A DNA stretch of 64,000 bases, from positions 832,001 through 896,000 of the forward strand of contig CAVRCF010000005.1 of assembly GCA_963719505.1 (NCBI GenBank), written 5' to 3'. Source of the stretch: Halobacteriovoraceae bacterium. Lineage in GTDB: Bacteria; Bdellovibrionota; Bacteriovoracia; Bacteriovoracales; Bacteriovoracaceae. The translations under genes and the position numbers were made by a program. Every line of letters starts with the position of its first letter. Position 1 is the stretch's first letter. Positions 1 to 10,627 of the stretch are shown piece by piece. The notes beneath the pieces were generated by a model, which did not search any database, was not told where the DNA came from, and worked only from the letters and a program-made list of their open reading frames with translations.

Positions 1-32
1 TAAACAAAGAGTAATACCTGTTAAATTTTTCA

Positions 33-3000
33 TTAAATTACTCTCCCTAATAACCAGCTCATATAAAATTCTCCGTTTGAAATACCCATAAATCTTCTTA
101 TTTGATTAAGTGGCCCTTCAATATCTTCTGTTCCTAGTCGACCAAATGAATTTGAAAGGATCTTTTGATCACCGTTTTCATCACCAACTCTAAAACCATC
201 GATTTTTGCTATAGCGAAAAAGTTGTTTCCGCCACCAAAGATTTGGCTCATTCCTGCAATTCTGAGGTTATCTTCAACCGCTTCAACCATTTTAATTGCC
301 ATTCTTACCAACATCTTCTGATTGTTCTCAATCAGATATTCAGAGTACTTTCTTCTGTAGCGAAGAAAATTGTGGTAGCCGCTATTAATCAGACTGTCTG
401 TACCAGAGTAATTTGTCATGTCTCTACTTTGGTAGTGTTGCCAAATCTTCTTAAGTCTATCCTTTGGAATTTCAAGCATACTTTTAAGGCCAGTTTCGTA
501 GACGAAAAAGTTGACATTAATATTGTAGAGAAAAATCTCTTTTGTTTGAGCAAGAACTTCTTCTTCAAAAAACTTGAAGCCGTATTTTGCCTTAATCTCT
601 TTTAGCGTTTTAAGTGCTTTATCTTTTTTCATTTTCCAGCCATTCCAAATTCTTGATAGCTTTGTATATGGCTTCTCGATGACACCTTCATCGTTGTAAA
701 GACCTTCATAGCTTGTAATTCTATTTTTTGCCTTACCCATAAATGTATAGCCAGGGTTACCTTCATTAAAGCTCGTTATATTAAAGTTAGAGTCTGTGAT
801 CTTTGCGAAGATAAGATCAACGAGGTCCCTAGTATAATTCTCAAAGTCTGTCCCTTTGGTATTACCCTTAACTTGTCTATAAGCTTTTTTCTCGTAACCT
901 TCTGGACTTGTGATAATCATATTGTCTTCTTGTTTGAGCCAGTTCCATCTAAAGACAAGTATTCCAAGTTTTGTATTTTTCTCATTAAACTTATGAGTGA
1001 TTGTATAAGGTCTTTGTACGATATTAAGTTCCTCTACTGAACCCGTTAAAAATGCACGTCTAAGACCCTTAAGCTTCTCAATTCTGTTTGGCTTAAGAAC
1101 AGATCTTTCTTCATCAATTTGACCGTTTGGCTTCTTAACAATGGTCTCATATTTACCAATATCGACTCTAAAGAACTTTGTTCTTCCGCGCCCCTTTGTT
1201 CCTTTAACCGTTATTTTCATGATCGGAACAAACTTCTCAACACTCATAGCAAGTTCGATACTACTGATATTTCCAAGGTCCTTGTAGACATGAATTTCTG
1301 TTTCACTTCTTCTAAAGATATGAAGTCTATTAACAACTAAATGACTTGGCTTAACACTTGCTCTCACCTTAACAACATTATAAAGGTTCACTCCAGCACC
1401 AACACTTAGACTTGCTCCAATACTATCTTGAACAATAAGTGACTCTCCAACTTCTAAATTTTCATCTAAAAGCTTAGTGATTTGATTCATCTCATAGTCT
1501 CTTTGCTTTTTTGCAAGTCTATAAGACTGGTAAGAGATCTCACTAGTCGCATTATTAAGCTCTTCTAGAATCTCCTGGATATCTTTTTGAATTTTTCCTC
1601 GTTTATTCACAGTACAGATAACTTTCTCTGTTCCTATGATTGTCTGAGTTCCATCGTCTTCAGTGATTGAGTTTTCTCTTTCAACAATAGAGTAAAATCT
1701 TGAAAGTGTTTGCTCTGCGCTTTCACGACAATCTGAATAAGTAACATATTTGCCTTTAAAAGTAGTCTCTAGATTCGTTATCGAATTCGCTGCCGTCGTT
1801 AAAGCCGAAGGATCTGAGAAAGTATTAAGGTAGGTGTCTTTACTTGCAAGTATCGTACTTTTAGTCGATTCAAGAGCTGTGATAACCTCTTCAACTTGAA
1901 CTCTCTGATCAAGGCCTTTAATAAGACCAGCGAGACTTCCAATTGCTGAATTTAATTTATCGTATGACTTTTTATTCATAATAAGCTTTTCTTCATCTGT
2001 CAGCTTGTCATAGTCAGATGTCATAATAGCGTCAAAGTAATGACCATACTTTCTCTTAAGAAGGGGAACCATCATATTTTTAAAAGGGTACTTAAGAGCT
2101 TTTTGAACACTCGTGATGGGCTTAACATGAGAGTATGTTCTATTTAAAAAGATGTTAGCGTTTCCTTGAAGATCAACAGGAAGGTATTTTCTCATCGTCT
2201 CTGTTGCTGAAACCGGAACGACTTCACCTGTCTTAGAATAAACTCCTGTAATGCCTCCGAAGACACCAGCAGAAACACTGGCACCAACTGTATCAACCAA
2301 TTGAATAAGATTGTCTGTCCCAAGGTAACTTCCAGTCACGATGTCTCTGTTTAGGATAAGGCTCCCTCTCACTGTTGGGAAAGCAAAAGCCTTAACAGGA
2401 AGTTTGTTTGACTCCCCTCCTGAAGTTAAAGAGTCCGCAAGTCCTTCAGACAGCCCAGTATAGAACTCATCAATTTTTCCACTGAGATCAGTTCCAAGGT
2501 ATTTAATTGAGTTGATTGAGTTTACTAAAAGTTCAAGACCAACTGTAATTGCTTTTGATTTGAAAAAAGCGGCCATATCAGAATAAGCCAGTGGTGACTG
2601 AGGATCAGGTATTTTAAATCTTCTTGCATAACCATCATAGAATTCTTTCGTAAGCTTTCCATCTTCTAGGTCATCATGATTAGAGACTAAGTGATCGACA
2701 GGAAGATTCTGGTTGTCTACTTTAAAGAGTGTTCCAAGGTGATTTCTTCTCGATTTTAATTTCTCTAAAAGAAGGACTTTAACTGAAGGAGGAAGAGCTG
2801 TTGAGTCGACAATTTCTTGCCAGTCTCTTTCAGTGAGCTTCATTATTCTTTTTACCATCCAAACGGCATCATCTTTACTTGTAGAGAAATCTTGTGAGCC
2901 GTCATATTTGAAAGCTACATTTTCTGAGTAGACGCTTCCCACTATCCAGTCTGTAATATTAATACTCTCTAGAATATGAGTTAAAGCGTAAGGCACGATT

Positions 3001-3818
3001 AAAGAGTCATAGATTCTTTTTCCTTGAAAGATATCAGCAGAGACATAACCTTTTGCCAAGTTTAAATTAAACTCTTGATCTTCCATAACAACGATATCTT
3101 GGATGACAACTTCTTTTTTCTTTTCACTTAAGATCCATCTATCAAATGATCCAGCGTTATTGACACTAACATTTTTTATGAACTCATTCTTTTGATCTCT
3201 TGAATCAAAAGAGACTTTAAGTCTTTTTACATGTTTGATTGGTGGAACGAAATATCCAAGTTTTCTTAAAAGTGTTTTTCTTAAAAGGTAGTTGTGAACA
3301 TTCTTGCTGAGGATAATTGTATATTGTTTAGGTGTACCATAAGAATTATTTTTATTAACTGTAACTCTATAACTTCCAAGTCTTGCCCATCCTTTTGAGA
3401 CAAAACTTACGTTATCAAGGTCATTTAAATCTAATAGGTCAAGACTTTCATCGGTTCCGCCGCCCAGAGTATTCTTCCAAATGGTAGGCTCTTCTTTTGG
3501 ACCAAGATCTGACAGAGTCCACTGACATCTTGTTTCATTAAAGCGTCTTTTGTAATAAAGGCTGGCTTGCTTTGGAGAAAGAACATCTCCTTTAAGAAAT
3601 CCCCCACCGCACTCGTCGGAGTCACAAACGAGGTCCGTTGATGGCATATGCCCATATGTTAAAGGAACCGTTCCTCTAATTGGGTTGTATGACTTTAATG
3701 CCTCTTGATCGCAGAGGTTCTGAAGCATGGACCTGTCACCTCGATCATCTATTGAATCTACCTGAGAGTAGGCCCCTAGAGATAAAATCGAAAGTAGTAG
3801 TGCAAATAGTTTAATCAT
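33..3818 (-). CDS. Large secreted hypothetical protein (about 1260 aa), paralog of 23737..27018
   Basis: Long ORF 33..3887. Likely start ATG 3818 (MIKLFALLLSILSLGAYS signal peptide) preceded by AAGGGA RBS. Shares blocks with 23737..27018 (NRDIVTGSYLGTDNLIQLVDTVGA vs NRNIVFGQYLGNTAPIQLVDSVGA; GNPGYTFMG vs GDPGQTFMG). Confidence 0.85.
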   Translation of the reverse strand: MIKLFALLLSILSLGAYSQVDSIDDRGDRSMLQNLCDQEALKSYNPIRGTVPLTYGHMPSTDLVCDSDECGGGFLKGDVLSPKQASLYYKRRFNETRCQWTLSDLGPKEEPTIWKNTLGGGTDESLDLLDLNDLDNVSFVSKGWARLGSYRVTVNKNNSYGTPKQYTIILSKNVHNYLLRKTLLRKLGYFVPPIKHVKRLKVSFDSRDQKNEFIKNVSVNNAGSFDRWILSEKKKEVVIQDIVVMEDQEFNLNLAKGYVSADIFQGKRIYDSLIVPYALTHILESINITDWIVGSVYSENVAFKYDGSQDFSTSKDDAVWMVKRIMKLTERDWQEIVDSTALPPSVKVLLLEKLKSRRNHLGTLFKVDNQNLPVDHLVSNHDDLEDGKLTKEFYDGYARRFKIPDPQSPLAYSDMAAFFKSKAITVGLELLVNSINSIKYLGTDLSGKIDEFYTGLSEGLADSLTSGGESNKLPVKAFAFPTVRGSLILNRDIVTGSYLGTDNLIQLVDTVGASVSAGVFGGITGVYSKTGEVVPVSATETMRKYLPVDLQGNANIFLNRTYSHVKPITSVQKALKYPFKNMMVPLLKRKYGHYFDAIMTSDYDKLTDEEKLIMNKKSYDKLNSAIGSLAGLIKGLDQRVQVEEVITALESTKSTILASKDTYLNTFSDPSALTTAANSITNLETTFKGKYVTYSDCRESAEQTLSRFYSIVERENSITEDDGTQTIIGTEKVICTVNKRGKIQKDIQEILEELNNATSEISYQSYRLAKKQRDYEMNQITKLLDENLEVGESLIVQDSIGASLSVGAGVNLYNVVKVRASVKPSHLVVNRLHIFRRSETEIHVYKDLGNISSIELAMSVEKFVPIMKITVKGTKGRGRTKFFRVDIGKYETIVKKPNGQIDEERSVLKPNRIEKLKGLRRAFLTGSVEELNIVQRPYTITHKFNEKNTKLGILVFRWNWLKQEDNMIITSPEGYEKKAYRQVKGNTKGTDFENYTRDLVDLIFAKITDSNFNITSFNEGNPGYTFMGKAKNRITSYEGLYNDEGVIEKPYTKLSRIWNGWKMKKDKALKTLKEIKAKYGFKFFEEEVLAQTKEIFLYNINVNFFVYETGLKSMLEIPKDRLKKIWQHYQSRDMTNYSGTDSLINSGYHNFLRYRRKYSEYLIENNQKMLVRMAIKMVEAVEDNLRIAGMSQIFGGGNNFFAIAKIDGFRVGDENGDQKILSNSFGRLGTEDIEGPLNQIRRFMGISNGEFYMSWLLGRVI

Positions 3819-3927
3819 AGTTTCCCTTAAAGCTTGGACACTTGTATAAAGTTTTGACAGTTTTTCCACCAAATCTTTACCTAACATCCTAGAAAGTAAG
3901 CATTTAAAACATTGTTGCTTTTTATAA

Positions 3928-3943
3928 TGCTAGATCTATGCCA
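3928..3943 (-). promoter_or_regulatory. Putative sigma54 -24/-12 promoter for the 33..3818 gene
   Basis: Minus strand TGGCATAGATCTAGCA (GG-N10-GC), about 110 bp upstream of the start. Confidence 0.55.
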
Positions 3944-3982
3944 AAGAGACTTTTTCCAGTATAATGATGGCTTGGAGGGACG

Positions 3983-5356
3983 TTGAAGACCTTAATTGTT
4001 AGCGAAAATAATGCTGAAGCAGAAATTCTCCGCCGTATTCTCAGGTTTAATTTTCGAGACCTCTACTGTTTACAGGCATCCACAAAGGGAGAGATAGAGA
4101 ATGCTATCTTAACTGACGGTCCTTTTGGCTTCTATATAGTCGATGCCGACATAAAAGAGAGTGATCCCGAAAAACTAGCTCAAGGAATACGCGAACTGTC
4201 TGGAGACAAGCCCTTTCTTTTTATTGGAAAGACGGCTTCTATTATAGATAGAATAAGCCAAGACCTCTATCAATCTAATAAATTTAACGATCAAATTTAC
4301 AAGCCTTTTGAGCGCGACGATATTACAGACGAAATTAAAAACAAAGTTGCTGGGATCTTGGATTGGGCCAGACAAGAAGAATTTGAAGCCTCCATTGAGG
4401 AAATTGACAAAAAAGACTTTATTGAGATGAAGATCAAAAATTTTTATCTCTCCACTACCTTTCCTTATGATATGTATCTCGAAATTACCTCTACCGAACA
4501 TATTAAGATTATCTCGGCGAATAAACCTTACAGCATATCGACTCTGGATCGCTACGCAAAAAAGAATGTAAAGTATCTCTACATAAAAAAAGATGATCAC
4601 TTAGAATATCTTGAGAAAGAGACGATTAGGTGTACTAAGCATTTAAAGAAACTTCTTCCAGGAAGCGATGAATATCCCATCGCCCTCTTGCGCTCAGTAA
4701 CCATCCTTCATCAGTATATGATTACCTTGGGGACCAGTAATGCCATTTTTGATTTAGTTGATGAAGTGGCAGAGGGAATATTAAAGTACGAAAGTCATTA
4801 CAAAAGCATAAGACAAATGCTTAAGAACTTTCCAGAGTACTATTCGGGTATTGCGAGTAAAAGTCTAATCACTGGATTTGTGGCCGTCCATCTTGCGAAG
4901 AAAAATGGATGGGAATCTTCCACAACGAAAATGAAATTAGCCGTTTGCGCTATTTTACAAGACTACTCTTTACCTGATGAGAATCTTACGCATATAAACT
5001 ACCCTATTGATGTCAGATTAAATCAATATGAAGATGCAGATATTGAGAAGTTTTTAAATCATCCCATTGAGGCTGCCAATATTTCCAAGCAGTTCTCAAA
5101 ATATCCAGACACTGACTATATACTAGAACATCATCAGGAGCTCTACGCTAAAAAAGGATTTCCCAACCAAGTGACCTCATCCAAGTTCACGGTCATATGT
5201 TGTCTTTTTAACGCTGCTCAATTTTTTGCCGCTGAAATTGATGGCAATAAATATAGAAAAGAAATTGTCTCAAAGGTCATGAAATCAATGGCGAGGGATT
5301 TTTCAAGAGGAAATTTCAAACTCATCTACGATATACTAAAAGATAATCTAAATTAA
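3983..5356 (+). CDS. Receiver-like domain plus degenerate HD-GYP-like domain signalling protein
   Basis: N-terminal CheY-like pattern (TLIVSEN...FYIVDAD...KPFLFIG); C-terminal HPIEAA...ILEHHQELYAKKGFP; the HD dyad is replaced by QD. Confidence 0.65.
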   Translation: MKTLIVSENNAEAEILRRILRFNFRDLYCLQASTKGEIENAILTDGPFGFYIVDADIKESDPEKLAQGIRELSGDKPFLFIGKTASIIDRISQDLYQSNKFNDQIYKPFERDDITDEIKNKVAGILDWARQEEFEASIEEIDKKDFIEMKIKNFYLSTTFPYDMYLEITSTEHIKIISANKPYSISTLDRYAKKNVKYLYIKKDDHLEYLEKETIRCTKHLKKLLPGSDEYPIALLRSVTILHQYMITLGTSNAIFDLVDEVAEGILKYESHYKSIRQMLKNFPEYYSGIASKSLITGFVAVHLAKKNGWESSTTKMKLAVCAILQDYSLPDENLTHINYPIDVRLNQYEDADIEKFLNHPIEAANISKQFSKYPDTDYILEHHQELYAKKGFPNQVTSSKFTVICCLFNAAQFFAAEIDGNKYRKEIVSKVMKSMARDFSRGNFKLIYDILKDNLN

Positions 5357-6711
5357 ATTTTTAGATGCTCTAGCGTTTCAATTATCTTTTTATAAGAATT
5401 ATAAGAATAACGATCATACAGACGTTTCATTATTCTTTCGACATCGAGAGAACCTTTCTTTTTACCATCAGCAATATCATTCAATATACCAGTAGCAACA
5501 TCTTCGGCGATAACAATTATTTTTGCCAACGGTGATATATCATCTTTGAAGTTAATCCCAAAGCCACGACCACTAGTCATTCCGTGATGCTGAATAATCA
5601 TCATATCGGCTCCCATTGGAGCGCGAGAAAAGGTTTGCACCACAGCGCCTGCAAGTTTGGCGTGATTGAGGACAACCTCTTTTTCTTCGTCTGTGACACC
5701 TTCATGAAAAAGAAGATCTTCTTCTGACTGAACATCAGGGTACTTTGCAAATAATGGTACAAGAAAGATATCGTGAAAAAACAGTGAGAAGCTCACTTTT
5801 TCCATCTGCTCTTTACTTCCCCAAGAAATATGTTCAATGATTTGACTTGCAATATACGAAGCAACAATCCCGTGTTTAAAAACAAAGTTCGATTTGTTTT
5901 CTAAAAGCATCGATAAGAGTCCTCGAAGTTTTGGAACCTCTTTGACAATTTTTGTCATCGCTTTTACACAGCTTTTGGACACTTCTGCTACGGCATCAGA
6001 GACTTCATTGTTTTCAAAAATCTCCTCGGCAATCATTCCTTGCCCCTGAGCAGCGATCTCGATGGTTTCATCTAAAGTGAGGTCCGTTTTATTAAACTCA
6101 TTGATGATAAAACCACTCACTTTATTGATGAATCTCAGTCTCTCTGCTGCATCAATAAAAAGATGCTCAATATTTTGATCTGCAAAGTTTTTAATAAGGC
6201 TTCCAAATGGCTTTTCTTTCTCTAAGACCTTTACGTAATTAAAGTCGAAGCCGTCTTTGGCTTCTCTCTCAAAGAGATCACAATGGGTTCGACTCATCTT
6301 ACTTAAAAGCTTAATTGGAACTGGAAAATATTTTGGAACTTCTCTGCTGGCCATTTGTTGAGCTGTTAACTCTAAGATTTTTGCCATCGACTGAAGCAAA
6401 GTTTTAATGTCATATTTATTTTTTACGACAATAGAATTATCAAACTCAACTTCACACTCTCCCATAAGAATAACTGGCGTTGTCAAAGATTGGCTTTTGA
6501 GAAATGTTTTAAAATTTTCGATATCTTGTTTGGATCTATCATTTTCTTTAAAAATAATGATTGAATCAAGATTGGGCGAATGCTCTATTAATTTCGCTGC
6601 GTCATCTAAGTTCTCTTTAATTGTCACATTGACAGCGACATAAGCTCTTAAATTTAGCTCGTACAAACTATTGATTATGTCATTTTTAGAAATTAATACC
6701 GCTTGACCCAT
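5353..6711 (-). CDS. Receiver-like plus HD-GYP-like protein, distant paralog of 3983..5356
   Basis: FFHDI, HAKLAG and IIQHHGMTSGRGFG motifs; N-terminal REC-like region. Confidence 0.7.
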   Translation of the reverse strand: MGQAVLISKNDIINSLYELNLRAYVAVNVTIKENLDDAAKLIEHSPNLDSIIIFKENDRSKQDIENFKTFLKSQSLTTPVILMGECEVEFDNSIVVKNKYDIKTLLQSMAKILELTAQQMASREVPKYFPVPIKLLSKMSRTHCDLFEREAKDGFDFNYVKVLEKEKPFGSLIKNFADQNIEHLFIDAAERLRFINKVSGFIINEFNKTDLTLDETIEIAAQGQGMIAEEIFENNEVSDAVAEVSKSCVKAMTKIVKEVPKLRGLLSMLLENKSNFVFKHGIVASYIASQIIEHISWGSKEQMEKVSFSLFFHDIFLVPLFAKYPDVQSEEDLLFHEGVTDEEKEVVLNHAKLAGAVVQTFSRAPMGADMMIIQHHGMTSGRGFGINFKDDISPLAKIIVIAEDVATGILNDIADGKKKGSLDVERIMKRLYDRYSYNSYKKIIETLEHLKI

Positions 6712-6754
6712 TTCATCCCTACGTTAAGTAGTTAAATTATAACAGATAATTTCT

Positions 6755-6994
6755 CTATTGCACCTGAGACTTTGCGGCATTTTCCATAAACTTTTGTAAA
6801 TGATGCACTCCAAGATTAAGAGCTTCTTTCTTGTCCGGTTCATTGTAGAGAATAGTTACATGGTTAAAGATCTTGCCTGATTCGCTCTGGATTATGTCGA
6901 CCTCGACATTAAAGTTTAATCCATATGGGTTAAGAGTTATTCGTCCGATCAAAAATGGGGATAAACCTTTGAGCTCAATAAGATGTTCTTCCAT
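6755..6994 (-). CDS. Small hypothetical protein (79 aa)
   Basis: ORF with AGGAG RBS, co-oriented with 5353..6711. Confidence 0.65.
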   Translation of the reverse strand: MEEHLIELKGLSPFLIGRITLNPYGLNFNVEVDIIQSESGKIFNHVTILYNEPDKKEALNLGVHHLQKFMENAAKSQVQ

Positions 6995-7126
6995 TTAATA
7001 TACTCCTAACGCCCGTTGTCGTAAAAAGGATGTCAAAGCCTAAATGCTGTGACAAACAGTTAAAAACTGATAAAATACTTCTAGTTAAAATAGTAAATTT
7101 GTTACAAAACGAAAAGGGAGTTTTTC

Positions 7127-7792
7127 ATGGCAGTTTCCCACAATTATTTCATTTCTTCGATTGGGAAAAAACAAATCATGGCCGTAACGGGTCTTGGTTT
7201 AATCGGTTTTACGGTTGCGCATTTATTAGGAAATTTTTTGCTATTCCTAGGTCCAGACGCATTTAATCTTTATGGACATACCTTAACGAGCAATCCCCTT
7301 ATTTATGTGGCTGAAGCTGGCTTATTGGGCATGTTTGTTCTGCACCTTTTACTCGCTGGTGTCACGACTTTTCAAAACAGAAGAGCGCGTCCAGTAAACT
7401 ATTTGGTAAAAAGATCAACAGGTTACGGTGAAACATTTGCATCCAAAACAATGGGATACACGGGTTTTATTATTCTGGTCTTTCTTGTTTTACACCTTAT
7501 CAACTTTAAATACGGAGCCCACTACACCACAACAGTTGATGGTGTTGAGATGAGAGATCTTTACCGAGTGGTCGTTGAGTATTTTTCAAATCCTCTTTAT
7601 GTAGCTTGGTATTGTTTTGCCATGCTTGCTTTGGGGGTCCATACCAGTCATGGTTTTCAATCATCAGCTCAAACATGGGGAGTTAATCACCCAAAGTATA
7701 CGCCTATCATTCAAATCACAGGAATGTTGTATGCTGTTTTTGTAACAGTTGGTTTTTCTGCATGTGCGATTTATTCTTACTTGCAAAATTAG
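7127..7792 (+). CDS. sdhC: Succinate dehydrogenase/fumarate reductase cytochrome b subunit
   Basis: SSIGKKQIMAVTG, HLLGN, several TM helices with heme His; first gene of the sdhCAB operon. Confidence 0.92.
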   Translation: MAVSHNYFISSIGKKQIMAVTGLGLIGFTVAHLLGNFLLFLGPDAFNLYGHTLTSNPLIYVAEAGLLGMFVLHLLLAGVTTFQNRRARPVNYLVKRSTGYGETFASKTMGYTGFIILVFLVLHLINFKYGAHYTTTVDGVEMRDLYRVVVEYFSNPLYVAWYCFAMLALGVHTSHGFQSSAQTWGVNHPKYTPIIQITGMLYAVFVTVGFSACAIYSYLQN

Positions 7793-7840
7793 ATTGAATG
7801 AAAACGAAAGTGATTAAAAACAATACTTGGAGAAAATATA

Positions 7841-9766
7841 ATGAGCTTTAAATTAGATTCAAAAATTCCTGAAGGTCCAATTCAAGACAAATGGGAAAAT
7901 CATAAATTCAAATGCAAACTGGTCAACCCAGCTAATAAGAGAAAATATTCTGTTATCGTCGTCGGGACGGGTCTTGCTGGTGGTAGTGCCGCCGCATCGA
8001 TGGCTGAACTTGGTTATCATGTAAAATCTTTTTGCATTCAAGACTCACCAAGGCGTGCACACTCTATTGCCGCTCAAGGTGGGATCAATGCTGCAAAAAA
8101 TTATCAAAATGATGGTGACTCAGTGCTGGAGGCTCTTTTACGATACCGTAAAAGGTGGAGACTATAGATCTAGAGAGGCCAATGTTTACAGATTAGCACA
8201 GGTTTCAAATAATATTATTGATCAATGTGTGGCCCAAGGTGTTCCTTTTGCCAGAGACTACGGCGGATATCTTAGATAATAGATCTTTCGGTGGAGCCCA
8301 GGTTTCAAGAACGTTCTACGCCAAAGGACAAACAGGTCAGCAACTACTTTTAGGTGCTTATCAGTCAATGATGAAAGAAGTTTCAAAAGGAAAGATCGAT
8401 CTTTATACGAGAAGAGAAATCTTAGACATCGTTATCATTAACGGTAAAGCACGTGGGATCATTGTTAGAGACCTTATAACTGGAGACATTGAAAGACATG
8501 TTGCCGATGCGGTTATTCTCGCAAGTGGTGGTTATGGAAACGTCTACTTTCTTTCAACAAATGCCATGGCTTCAAATGTTGGAGCAGCTTGGAAAGCTTA
8601 TAAAAAAGGTGCAGGGTTTGCGAACCCTTGTTTTACTCAAATTCACCCAACATGTATTCCCGTCTCACGGCGATAACCAAGCAAAGTTAACTCTTATGAG
8701 TGAGTCTCTTAGAAATGACGGAAGAGTTTGGGTTCCTAAAAAAGCTGATGATAAGCGACATCCAAATGAGATTCCAGAAGAGGAAAGAGATTATTATCTC
8801 GAAAGAATTTATCCTTCTTTTGGTAACCTTGTTCCAAGGGATGTAGCTTCTAGAAATGCCAAAAATATGGTTGATGAAAACAAAGGTGTTGGAGATACTG
8901 GAGTCGCAGTTTATCTAGACTTCAGATGATGCCATTGCAAGAGATGGTAAAGATGCTATCGAAGCAAGATATGGAAACCTTTTTGAAATGTATCAAAGAA
9001 TCACAAATGAGTCTCCTTACGAGCAGCCGATGAGAATCTACCCTGCCGTTCACTATACTATGGGTGGTTTATGGGTTGACTATAATCTTCAAGTCAACGA
9101 TTCCAGGTCTGCATGTTCTAGGAGAGGCAAACTTCTCTGATCACGGTGCCAACAGACTAGGTGCATCCGCTCTTATGCAAGGGCTTGCCGATGGATATTT
9201 CGTTATCCCTTACACAATCGGAAATTACTTTGGAACTAATGACATCGAAAAAGTCGATACCACTCACCCAGAGTTTGATAAAGCCGAAAAAGAAGCTAAA
9301 GCACAAATCGATAAGTTTTTAAATATCAAAGGTTCTAGAACGGCTGATGACTTTCATAAAAAACTTGGAAAGATCATGTGGGAATATGTAGGTATGGCCA
9401 GTGATGAGAAAGGTTTAAAAACGGCTATCTCAGAGATCCAAAAATTGAGATCAGAGTTTTGGTCTGATCTTAAAAATTCCAGGCAAGCCCGATGAAATCA
9501 ATAGAGAGCTTGAAAAAGCTGGACGTGTCGCTGACTTTTTAGAGCTTGGTGAATTAATGGCAAGAGATGCTCTTATGAGACCTGAGTCTTGTGGAGGACA
9601 TTTTAGATTAGAATCACAAACTCCTGAAAATGAAGCCCTTCGAAATGATGAAGATTACGCCCACTCAGCAGTTTGGGAATTTAAAGGTGTGGATGATGAG
9701 CCGGTTCGACACAAAGAAGAGCTGACTTTTGAAAATGTTCCACTAACACAAAGATCGTACAAGTAA
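7841..9766 (+). CDS. sdhA: Succinate dehydrogenase flavoprotein subunit, split by several single-base insertions (probable sequence artefact)
   Basis: [13 protein letters not shown] motif, [34 protein letters not shown] and ESCGGHFR lie in consecutive frame-shifted ORFs. Confidence 0.9.
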
Positions 9767-9777
9767 GGAGTCCACAG

Positions 9778-10557
9778 ATGGCCATAGCAAAGAAAAGAAT
9801 ATTACAGTACACCTAAAACTTTGGAGACAAAAAAATCGAAATGATCAAGGTCACTTCGAAGAGCATACTCTCTCAGATGTTTCGACTGGTATCTTCATTT
9901 TTAGAAATGCTGGATCAGTTAAACGAGAAACTTAGTAACTGAAGATCACCCACCTTTCGCCTTTGATCACGACTGTCGAGAAGGAATTTGTGGAATGTGT
10001 TCTATGATGATTAACGGTCAAGCTCACGGTCCAGAAAGAGCGACAACAACTTGTCAGCTTCATATGAGATCATTTGAAGATCAAGATACCATTGTATATT
10101 GAACCTTGGAGATCTTCAGCATTTCCAGTCTTAAAGGACTGTGTTGTTGATAGATCGGCATTTGATAAAGTTATTCAAGCTGGTGGTTTTACATCGGTCA
10201 ATGTTGGAAATGCTCAAGATGCTAACGCTCTTCCTATTGCAAAAGAAAATGCAGATCTTGCAATGGATGCAGCAGCTTGTATTGGTTGTGGTGCATGCGT
10301 GGCAAGTTGTCCAAATGCCAGTGCGATGCTTTTTACTTCAGCAAAAATCTCTCAACTCGCTCTCCTTCCACAAGGACAAGTTGAAGCCAAGAAGAGAGCC
10401 GCAAAAATGGTTGCAGAAATGGATGAACTAGGATTTGGAAATTGTACCAATCACGCTGAGTGTGAAGCAGTCATGTCCAAAAGAGATTAATCTCTCAAAT
10501 ATTGCCAGAATGAATAGAGAGTTCTTTAAATCAAAGACTTTCTCTAGAAAAGACTAA
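9778..10557 (+). CDS. sdhB: Succinate dehydrogenase iron-sulfur subunit, frameshifted (probable artefact)
   Basis: AAGGAG RBS and ATG 9778; [26 protein letters not shown] and GNCTNHAEC Fe-S motifs across frames. Confidence 0.88.
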
Positions 10558-10578
10558 AAAATCCCTAAAATATCAAGC

Positions 10579-10608
10579 AAAAGCCCAGTCTCAGAACTGG
10601 GCTTTTTT
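10579..10608 (+). terminator. Rho-independent terminator of sdhCAB
   Basis: AAAAGCCCAGT-loop-ACTGGGCTTTTTT. Confidence 0.85.
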
Positions 10609-10627
10609 GTGCCTTTTATGGTAAATA

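Noticed and set aside
7841..10557. Programmed frameshifting or true pseudogenes in sdhAB (and hppA)
   Set aside because: There are no common slippery sites, motifs are intact, and the insertions merge synonymous codons, consistent with consensus error.
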